In this document: one piece after another, positions 27,901 to 39,900 of the stretch
How positions within the stretch are numbered: position 1 is the stretch's first letter
How the letters are laid out: the number at the start of each line of letters is the position of its first letter
From: Balanoglossus misakiensis
Taxonomy: Eukaryota > Animalia > Hemichordata
DNA length: 64,000 nucleotides
Direction: 5' to 3'
Assembly: GCA_040954595.2 (NCBI GenBank)
Contig: CM082592.2
Location: 10,796,017-10,860,016, forward strand
Position numbers and translations under genes: made by a program
The notes under the pieces: model-generated
Told to the model about the DNA's origin: nothing
Seen by the model: only the letters and a program-made list of their open reading frames with translations
Databases searched by the model: none

Positions 27901-30900
27901 CTATTGAACAGCTCTCTCCCAGCCCCACTCACTACCTTTGCAAACATATCCTCTGATTGAGTCTGGCAAACACAGATTGATTTTGTGTTCTTTGTTTATC
28001 TATTGGCAAATAACAGGAATTCTTATGTTTTATTTGACAGTCGATAACAATGGCATTGGACCATGATGTTTATATTGACGGCGTGAAAGTGTCACTACCT
28101 TGTGAGCCGACAGAGGGTGTTGTAGTCCGGAGAAGTGGCGCTGTTGTGGTGAGATATACGTACATGTGCTTGAATGAGGCCAATTTCATCTTGCATGGTC
28201 ACCTGAAATTAAATACAAAGTTTTCATGAATTTTCATAGAAGCAAGAAGTCCTTCACTATTTACCATAATAATTCTTACAAAATGTCTCCTTGCTGTGGT
28301 TGTCTTTGGCATGTACACTTGACGATGCATATATTGATGCAAAACTGGTTGGCCAAACCATCTTTACTGTTACCAGATTTTTGGCCACAAAGAACATCTT
28401 TGTTTCTCTCAAACACTCAACAAGTCCATGAATTTTGACTTATTTTGCAGAATTTATTGACAACTTTTGGCCTTTCTGTGAAATGGAATGGAAGAGACAG
28501 ATTTGAAATAAAGCTGCCGGATTCGTTCATGAACAAGACCTGTGGTCTGTGTGGTAATTATGATGGCTTACCAGGGGTAGAATACACCAGTGACGGAGAT
28601 CTCGTAAGTGTTCTGAAAGTTAATAACATTAATAAAATTGGTTACCATTTCACTGCATGTAATTTTGTATTGTTTACTTCTTAAAATAAGTAAAATAGAC
28701 AGCTACAAAAACATACAAAGAAAATGCCATTTTTTTATCAATAGACTTCAGTGGGATCTGAATTTGGCAATAGCTGGGCAGATTCCATTGACTGTGATGC
28801 TGATGAGGGCGATGTTAATCCTTGTGATGAGAGAAGTGATGAAGAAAGAGCGAACATCGAAGACATCTGCAGTGTAATTCGTGATACCAATACAACAGGT
28901 AAGGATTCAAAAAGACACACTTATTCAGCACTCATGTACACAGATGTTGTTTTATAAACAATCTAACCAGTGCGTTGTTAACCAAAGGGCAACCAGTACG
29001 GACATGAATCAGTCTCTCATGTGACCACCGTTTGTTTCATTCACTGCTGGTCCAGGAGAGTGATATTACAGAAACCACCGTCGACGACATACCTACGTTT
29101 TCTTTTTCACAGGACCATTTGCAGCATGCCACGATCATCTGGACCCAATGCCATACTATGAGGCATGTGTTTATGATCTATGTGCTATGTATCCTGAACA
29201 ATCATTCAAATGTGACAGCGTTGAGCTGTATGCATCAGACTGTGCTGCTCTTGATGTTATCGTCAACTGGAGAACTGACCAATTCTGTCGTAAGTACTTC
29301 ATAACATTTCCTCTCTGATACCATAAGAAATGAGTTCTTCACTATCTACTGGTATACCTGATGCCATGTTCTACAAGAGAAAGTAAAATAAGTTGATTTT
29401 TAATTTTTGACCAATATCTTTTTCCTGCAGCTTTTAGTTGTCCGGAAAATTCATCATACAGTTCCTGCATGACATCCTGTCCACCAACATGTGCAGACCC
29501 TTATGCAGACGAGAGCTGCAGTCAGATTTGTACAGAAGGCTGCAGGTGTGACCAGGGTCTCCTCTTTGAAGATGGAAAGTGCATTGAACCCGAACGTTGT
29601 GGATGTCTACGAGATGGATACTATTATCCAGTAAGAACAAAATTATAACTGCAAGTAGATGTTTCGCATGGGTTTGCAATTGTTAACACATCATAGATGC
29701 TCATGCTGTACAAAAATGCCAATTGATTCAGTCCAATAGACCCTATTATCTTGCCGCACTCTGATCATGAAAAAGGAGACATTAATGGACTTTGACCACT
29801 ATTTCCCTGATACATATATAGTTCATTGAGTTAATCTGACCTTTTTTCAAAATCTTAGGTTGCAACAGAAACTGTCAACGAAAGGTGTACTGAACGGTGT
29901 TCATGTGAACTTGGTGGTAATCTGGAATGTACATCAATAGTCTGTGATGCAAATGCTGACTGTGAAATAGCAGATGGAGTTCGGGACTGTTACTGCCAAG
30001 AGGGTTACTTTGGTGATGGTATTTCCTGCAAGAATGGTAAGGATATCAAAAATACCATTTCAATGACTAGACAATCAGCTGGCTTAACATTTTCCTGGCA
30101 AATTAACAGACAAAACTTGGTGGAAATCAAATTAGTGTAAAACAAACCAAAATATATCACTTATTCTCTCTGCTTGTAATGTTTGTGTGTCATTTTACCA
30201 ACAGACAGACCATTTGAAGTGCGCGCAGAACAAGTGACAAGTAGTGCAATCACATTGGTATGGAAGCTTGAGTTTGAAGCTGAAAGAACCATGGTACAGT
30301 ATCGTCTTCTGGGATCCACAGAATGGACAGTTACGAAATCCATCAGTTCTTTTCAACTACTATACATACTTCAAGGGCTTGAATCAAACACAACTTATGA
30401 AATCCAAGTGATTGTGGTCAGATTGGATGGGACAAGAGGAATGAGTGACATCACTACAATCACTACGTGTGCATATGGATTTGAAGGAGTTGGCTGCTTA
30501 AGAGGTTAGTATATCTAGAAAGAATTGATATCCACAATTATAAACTTTTTTGAACTGCATTCTTGGGTTATTAAATCATGAAAGTGTGAAAACTCTTGGT
30601 AGTCCAAGAAAATGTTACAACCAGCATCAGAAGAATAAAGTTACAGTTATCACATGTGGTAAATGGGAACATGCACCAATTGAACATCTGTTATTGTAAC
30701 AGTTATGAAAGAAAGTATGGTTATTTTCTTCACTCAGATATGAGACAGGAAGGTGCTTTCAATCTTCTGATAGTCACTTCCACTTCAACTGCTATAACAT
30801 TCTCCTGGTCACTTGAAGTTGTCACCCTGGTGAGATTGACCATTGAATACAGATCAAGGGGAGCAGCCAGCTGGACAGTTGCCACCAGTATTACAGATTC

Positions 30901-33900
30901 CACTATAAAGAGTTACATTCTGACAGCCCTCCAAGTCAACATCTACTACGAAATACGGCTGATTGCTGAACTCGAAAGTGCCACGATCAATGTCGGACTC
31001 ACCTATGTCATGAAAACATGTCCAAGGAACCGAATGGGACCAAACTGTGAAGATGGTAAGGAATGGGTTTGTACCTTGCGATCATGTCAATTAGGTACCT
31101 TAAAACATATTGATTACTTCCTCAGGTAGTGGCATTCCGAAAATTAATTTTCCATGGGCTAACTATGCATATTTAGAGATTATATAAAGTGCTAATCCCA
31201 TTTGTTCTCTCCACAGTATCAGCCATCTGCAGAGCATATGGTGATCCACACTATATAACATTTGACAGCCAACGCTATGACTTCCAGGGGGACTGCAAGT
31301 ACACATTAGTGCGAGGCTGTCAGGAGGATGTAACCGCCACCAGATTGCCAGACTTTGAAATAGTTGCCAGTAATGTGAAGTTGTCACCGAATGCACGGGT
31401 GTCTTATACAGAGGAGATAACATTTTACCTTTTTGGAATGGTAATATTTTTTATATCTCGTTTTGTAACACTTTCCTTTTCTCTTTACATCATTTTTGCT
31501 CAGCCAAAACTTGAAGACAATTGCCTTGGATGATCAATTTGCCAATCTGATTATTTTTTGCAGGACATTCTACTCATGAATGGTGGAGACGTACAGGTTG
31601 GCGGGGCATATGTAAACATTCCTGTCCGTGTAGATTTGAACGTAACAGGGACCAATACAGGTCTGGACAGGGTGTACAGCACAGTTGTTCGTCCAGCAGG
31701 ACGGTTTGTGGTGAGTATTTAATAATCATGGCCAGAAAACTGTAAAACACAACATTTGTATCTGTTTGCCAACTTTCTAGACTGTTGTAGTTGTGTATAT
31801 CTGGAAAAATTGACAACTTTAATATTCCAGTTGAACTGTCTGAATGAATGAATGAATTTGGTAAAATGTTTCTTTCATAGTAACATCTAACTATTTAAAA
31901 GCAAACTCTAAGTGCAATTTCTTTTATAGGTTCTTGAGACTGACTTTGGTGTTGATATTTTATGGGATAAGCATCACACAGTCCAAGTTCAGGCATCATC
32001 TGCATTGTGGAATGGAACTTGTGGACTCTGTGGAACGTTTGATGGAAACCCTTACAATGATCTCATGACGCCTACTGGAGAAGTGGTATGTATTGCTTGA
32101 TCCAACTAACACAGAATGATTGAATACGGCATTGGATTGTATCAACAGTGTGGTTATCTATTTTTGTATACACAGTTTGTGTCCTTGCATCAATTGCATT
32201 CAAGCTACTGTTACTAGAGACTGATCACTTTCGTTTTCAGGTCAGTGGTGCAGCCGAGTTTGGAAATAGCTGGTTGTACAATGATTTTGAATGTCGATCT
32301 GATGTCATAGATGTCGATCCCTGTGAAAGTACAACTGAAAATTTGAAAATGATAGCTCAAGACATTTGTTCAGTTTTGACAAATATTACAGGTAAACTAA
32401 ATTTCATTTACTTTGTAACAGATGTATGTACGTACACTACGAGAATATTGTATTTCTGTGTTCCTGCAGGTTTTTTTATTGAGAACTTCTTGAAACCCAA
32501 TTTCTGCTTTTGCCATTTCCATACAACTAGAAGGTTGCTTCCTTTGTCATATCAGAGTTTGTGCAATTATATTCCTTCCTCGCTGATTGCCTGTTTTGTG
32601 TCCTTCGCTTCTCCTGTTTACCACAATGCTGTGGTCCAAATATATTGTTTTCAAATGGTAGAATTGGGCCTCTATAGTGGGAACTGGGGGTGAAAGGGTA
32701 AAACCCTGATGAGTATTAATGAAATGTTGTACATATATCACATTCTACAGGACCATTTCAATCATGCCATGACATCGTAGATCCTCAAGAGTATTACAAC
32801 TCTTGCGTGTATGACTTATGTGCATCCTTACCTGATGATGAAAGTGATGCTTGTGATAGCATTCAAGTCTATGCTTTGGCCTGTACTGATGAGGGTGCCA
32901 TCCCTTTGCCTTGGAGAACTAACGAATTTTGTCGTAAGTATGGTTTCATTTTTCTCCATGAAAATCACTTCATTAGATGGAAGTCAATTTCTAATTTTGT
33001 ATAATTGTGCACGATACATCCATGTTGTGTACACTTACTATTTAGATAATAATTAAAATCTTAATTATGAGTGAACATAGTTTTCCACCATGTTACACTT
33101 CTTACATGTGACGTATTTGACTTTTCTTGCTTTTACAGCACTCGATTGTCCATCTGGTCAGGAGTATTCGCAATGTGCCACATCATGTCCACCTACATGC
33201 AATGACATAAATGCTCCATCTACATGTACTGATCCATGCGTTGAAGGTTGTCAATGCCCAGAGAATACAGTCCTAGAAAATGGCAGATGTATTGATATAA
33301 ACGAGTGTGGTTGTTTTCATGAGGGGCGATATTACAAGGTACTGTTTTTTATACCATTTTACCATTATTAACACAATGCATATTTTCAATAATGTTCTGT
33401 CATATAGCCTAGGGTTGAATAAGTTTTGATGTGGTAAACTAATAAAGTGGATTTTTTTACTCATTTCACTAATACCCTGCATTTCAAACTGAAAGACATG
33501 GTAAACATTGGTTTTATACTTTTACATAATTGTAAAATAAGAGAGATTCAGTTGTTCTTAATACTTTGACTTTATTCAAGACATTCATTCATTTTTATTC
33601 GAACATGTACAGGTTGGGGAGACGTTTCTTCTGGATGATTGTCAGGGTCAGTGCACATGTGAGGCAGGTGGATCCCTGGACTGCACTGACAGTGTCTGTG
33701 ATGGACCACATGAGTACTGTGGTATCAAAGATGGTGTATTTGGATGTTACTGCTATGATGGCTTCACACGCCAAGGGCAAAACTGTGTACAAGGTTAGTT
33801 ATGTCACCTGCTTATACAAATGAAATCTACCACATTAAATGGCACACATCATTAACTCTCTACTGTCATGCCTTTCCCATCACTGATTACCACGAAATTT

Positions 33901-36900
33901 TCTCTTTATACTGTGATAACTTCTTATTACATACAAGCTGCAAATCACAATACCTTTGTGTAAAAGTGTATCTTAATCATCCAACAACAAATGCCCATTC
34001 AATACCCAAATAATGACAAAAAATATTCGTCTATTATGTTGCAATTTTCTTCTCTCCCCAGTATACTCTGAATGCACTGCTTGGGGAGATCCACACTACA
34101 TTACCTTTGATGGCAAGAAATACAACTTCCAAGGAACTTGCAGATATGTTTTAGCAACTTCCAACTGTAGCGTCAGCAAGGAACCAGTATTTGGTGTGGA
34201 AGTGCAAAACCGCAAAGACAAGCCCAGTGACAGAGTCAGCTACACAAGAGAGGTCTACATTACAGTAGCAGGAGTGGTAGGTTCTGTGGTGGCTGTTCTC
34301 ATCTCCATTTTGTACAATTACCACTATTTGCTCCACCACTTTGGATAACACTTAACTCTACGTATGCCTTTCACTTCACAGGAATATGCACTATTACAAG
34401 AGGGACATGTAACAGTCGATGGCACAGATGTAACTCTACCCTATATGGACACAGATGATATGGTACTCATAAAATCTGCAGGCCGATATGTGGTAATGTC
34501 ACTTGTTTTTAATCTTGTCAATTCTAATAGGAGAGCTTTCAGAACTATACTGTTTGTGCTGCCCAACCTTTATTGATTGTTTCCTTGTGCATTGATTTCA
34601 GAAACTTATCACTGATTTTGGACTTGTGGCACTCTGGGATACCAGTTCCAATATAGTTTTGTATGTACCACACACTTATTGGAACAGAACTTGCGGTCTA
34701 TGTGGCACTCTTGATGGTGATGAGAACAATGACTTCCTCTCACCTGATGGATCACAGGTGAGTCACAATGAACTTTAGCAACTTTGTTAACAGCAAAACA
34801 AGTCAAGATATGAATGTCAAAGAATGCTTTCAGTACATGTTTGTCTACCATCAACATGATGCATTTTCTGCCTTTGCTTGCAGCTTTTATCAGATGTCTC
34901 CTCTTTGATTTTTTCAGGCTGAAAACCAGTGGGAATTTGGTAACAGTTGGCTTGCCGATGAGTGTGGGGTTATCCCAGAAGACCCAGAACCATGTAAAGA
35001 TCTGGATGAGTTGATGTTTGCTGATACCAACAGAAGCTGTAGTCGTTTACTGGATCCCTTGGGTAGGCAAAATCTTTGATTTTGTCTTTGCACCTAAGTT
35101 GTCATTTCTTTTCCTCTTCAAGGGCACAATAACCCCCTGCCTCTCTGTTCATATGTGGAGTAATTAAAGCTATATTTGCTCGTATTTGCAGGTCCATTTG
35201 CTGGTTGCCACGACAGAGTAAACCCACGGCCCTACTTTGAGACTTGTCTCTATGATATGTGTGCCTTGCCTGGAAACACTTCCCTGTGTGACAATCTCGA
35301 AGGCTATGCCAGAAGTTGTCAGGAGAACGGAGGAAGTCTTGAAGATTGGAGAAAGCTTCTGTGTCGTAAGTTATTAGCTATTGCTGCCATTTTAAAGCGC
35401 TTAGAATGACTGCAGAGTGCTTCATAACAGTTTTGCTGTCACACTATCAAAGTACCAAAAATTCTTTGATCAAACCACATAATGTATGATTCTTTCTCGC
35501 AGCCATTGAATGCAAGGCACCTGCAGTATACAAATTGTTGACATCTGCCTGCCCTGCTACCTGTCGCAATCCAAATGCTGGGAGAAGGTGCTCTGAAAAA
35601 CCACTTGAAGGATGTGAGTGTCCTGAGGGAACACTTTTGGATGGAGATAGATGTGTGCCACCTGACCATTGTGGTTGTAGATATAAAGGAAAAATCTATG
35701 AGGTACGTATCCTACCAGTGTTGTCAACTTTCACACAAAAGAGTGCATGCCATCATTCTTCGCATTGCACGACTGAAACTGCCTTCATCTTTTTCAATTG
35801 ACTGATTAACACATCTCTCTGATTGACAGCGTGGCCAAAGCTTCACACCAGAAGGCTGTGAAGAGACCTGTGAATGCACAGTTGATGGAGAGACCAAATG
35901 TGAGCCCCTTGAATGTGGTGCTAATGCCTACTGCGGTTACGATAGTCAAGACGACTATGGATGTCATTGTTACGCTGGGTACGAGCTGATCGATGAGGAA
36001 TGTCAACTGAGTAAGTACCTGTATGTGCTCTGATTTGCATTTTTCAACATTCCAAATGGCATCTACTGCATCAGAGACTTTGGCTGACACTTTTTTAATT
36101 TTGTCCTGCTAGGATACTCTGAATGCACTGCTTGGGGAGATCCACACTACATTACCTTTGATGGCAAGAAATACAACTTCCAAGGAACTTGCAGATATAT
36201 TTTAGCAACTTCCAACTGTAGCATCGGCAAGGAACCAGTATTTGGTGTGGAAGTGCAAAACCGCAAAGACAAGCCCAGTGACAAAGTCAGCTACACAAGA
36301 GAGGTCTACATTACAGTAGCAGGAGTGGTAGGTTCTGTGGTGGCTTTTCTCATCTTCTTTTGTACAATTACCACTATTTGCTCCACCACTTTGGATAACA
36401 CTTAACTCTACGTATGCCTTTCACTTCACAGGAATATGCACTATTACAAGATGGACATGTAACAGTCGATGGCACAGATGTAACTCTACCCTATATGGAC
36501 ACAGATGATATGGTACTCATAAAATCTGCAGGCCGATATGTGGTAATGTCACTTGTTTCAATCTTGTCAATTCTAATAGGAGAGCTTTCAGAACTATACC
36601 GGTACTGTTCGTGCTGCCCAACCTTTATTGATTGTTTCCTTGTGCATTGATTTCAGAAACTTATCACTGATTTTGGACTTGTGGCACTCTGGGATACCAG
36701 TTCCAATATAGTTTTGTATGTACCACACACTTATTGGAACAGAACTTGCGGTCTATGTGGCACTCTTGATGGTGATGAGAACAATGACTTCCTCTCACCT
36801 GATGGATCACAGGTGAGTCACAATGAACTTTAGCAACTTTGTTAACAGCAAAACAAGTCAAGATATGAATGTCAAAGAATGCTTTCAGTACATGTTTGTC

Positions 36901-39900
36901 TACCATCAACATGATGCATTTTCTGCCTTTGCTTGCAGCTTTTATCAGATGTCTCCTCTTTGATTTTTTCAGGCTGAAAACCAGTGGGAATTTGGTAACA
37001 GTTGGCTTGCCGATGAGTGTGGGGTTATCCCAGAAGACCCAGAACCATGTAAAGATCTGGATGAGTTGATGTTTGCTGATACCAACAGAAGCTGTAGTCG
37101 TTTACTGGATCCCTTGGGTAGGCAAAATCTTTGATTTTGTCTTTGCACCTAAGTTGTCATTTCTTTTCCTCTTCAAGGGCACAATATCCCCCTGCCTCTC
37201 TGTTCATATGTGGAGTAATTAAAGCTATATTTGCTCGTATTTGCAGGTCCATTTGCTGGTTGCCACGACAGAGTAAACCCACGGCCCTACTTTGAGACTT
37301 GTCTCTATGATATGTGTGCCTTGCCTGGAAACACTTCCCTGTGTGACAATCTCGAAGGCTATGCCAGAAGTTGTCAGGAGAACGGAGGAAGTCTTGAAGA
37401 TTGGAGAAAGCTTCTGTGTCGTAAGTTACTAGCTATTGCTGCCATTTTAAAGCGCTTAGAATGACTGCAGAGTGCTTCATAACAGTTTTGCTGTCACACT
37501 ATCAAAGTACCAAAAATTCTTTGATCAAACCAGATAATGTATGATTCTTTCTCGCAGCCATTGAATGCAAGGCACCTGCAGTATACAAATTGTTGACATC
37601 TGCCTGCCCTGCTACCTGTCGCAATCCAAATGCTGGGAGAAGGTGCTCTGAAAAACCACTTGAAGGATGTGAGTGTCCTGAGGGAACACTTTTGGATGGA
37701 GATAGATGTGTGCCACCTGACCATTGTGGTTGTAGATATAAAGGAAAAATCTATGAGGTACGTATCCTACCAGTGTTGTCAACTTTCACACAAAAGAGTG
37801 CATGCCATCATTCTTCGCATTGCACGACTGAAACTGCCTTCATCTTTTTCAATTGACTGATTAACACATCTCTCTGATTGACAGCGTGGCCAAAGCTTCA
37901 CACCAGAAGGCTGTGAAGAGACCTGTGAATGCACAGTTGATGGAGAGACCAAATGTGAGCCCCTTGAATGCGGTGATAATGCCTACTGCGGTTACGATAG
38001 TCAAGACGACTATGGATGTCATTGTTACGCTGGGTACGAGCTGATCGATGAGGAATGTCAACTGAGTAAGTACCTGTATGTGCTCTGATTTGCATTTTTC
38101 AACATTCCAAATGGCATCTACTGCATCAGAGACTTTGGCTGACACTTTTTTAATTTTGTCCTGCTAGGATACTCTGAATGCACTGCTTGGGGAGATCCAC
38201 ACTACATTACCTTTGATGGCAAGAAATACAACTTCCAAGGAACTTGCAGATATATTTTAGCAACTTCCAACTGTAGCATCGGCAAGGAACCAGTATTTGG
38301 TGTGGAAGTGCAAAACCGCAAAGACAAGCCCAGTGACAAAGTCAGCTACACAAGAGAGGTCTACATTACAGTAGCAGGAGTGGTAGGTTCTGTGGTGGCT
38401 TTTCTCATCTTCTTTTGTACAATTACCACTATTTGCTCCACCACTTTGGATAACACTTAACTCTACGTATGCCTTTCACTTCACAGGAATATGCACTATT
38501 ACAAGATGGACATGTAACAGTCGATGGCACAGATGTAACTCTACCCTATATGGACACAGATGATATGGTACTCATAAAATCTGCAGGCCGATATGTGGTA
38601 ATGTCACTTGTTTCAATCTTGTCAATTCTAATAGGAGAGCTTTCAGAACTATACCGGTACTGTTCGTGCTGCCCAACCTTTATTGATTGTTTCCTTGTGC
38701 ATTGATTTCAGAAACTTATCACTGATTTTGGACTTGTGGCACTCTGGGATACCAGTTCCAATATAGTTTTGTATGTACCACACACTTATTGGAACAGAAC
38801 TTGCGGTCTATGTGGCACTCTTGATGGTGATGAGAACAATGACTTCCTCTCACCTGATGGATCACAGGTGAGTCACAATGAACTTTAGCAACTTTGTTAA
38901 CAGCAAAACAAGTCAAGATATGAATGTCAAAGAATGCTTTCAGTACATGTTTGTCTACCATCAACATGATGCATTTTCTGCCTTTGCTTGCAGCTTTTAT
39001 CAGATGTCTCCTCTTTGATTTTTTCAGGCTGAAAACCAGTGGGAATTTGGTAACAGTTGGCTTGCCGATGAGTGTGGGGTTATCCCAGAAGACCCAGAAC
39101 CATGTAAAGATCTGGATGAGTTGATGTTTGCTGATACCAACAGAAGCTGTAGTCGTTTACTGGATCCCTTGGGTAGGCAAAATCTTTGATTTTGTCTTTG
39201 CACCTAAGTTGTCATTTCTTTTCCTCTTCAAGGGCACAATATCCCCCTGCCTCTCTGTTCATATGTGGAGTAATTAAAGCTATATTTGCTCGTATTTGCA
39301 GGTCCATTTGCTGGTTGCCACGACAGAGTAAACCCACGGCCCTACTTTGAGACTTGTCTCTATGATATGTGTGCCTTGCCTGGAAACACTTCCCTGTGTG
39401 ACAATCTCGAAGGCTATGCCAGAAGTTGTCAGGAGAACGGAGGAAGTCTTGAAGATTGGAGAAAGCTTCTGTGTCGTAAGTTATTAGCTATTGCTGCCAT
39501 TTTAAAGCGCTTAGAATGACTGCAGAGTGCTTCATAACAGTTTTGCTGTCACACTATCAAAGTACCAAAGATTCTTTGATCAAACCACATAATGTATGAT
39601 TCTTTCTCGCAGCCATTGAATGCAAGGCACCTGCAGTATACAAATTGTTGACATCTGCCTGCCCTGCTACCTGTCGCAATCCAAATGCTGGGAGAAGGTG
39701 CTCTGAAAAACCACTTGAAGGATGTGAGTGTCCTGAGGGAACACTTTTGGATGGAGATAGATGTGTGCCACCTGACCATTGTGGTTGTAGATATAAAGGA
39801 AAAATCTATGAGGTACGTATCCTACCAGTGTTGTCAACTTTCACACAAAAGAGTGCATGCCATCATTCTTCGCATTGCACGACTGAAACTGCCTTCATCT

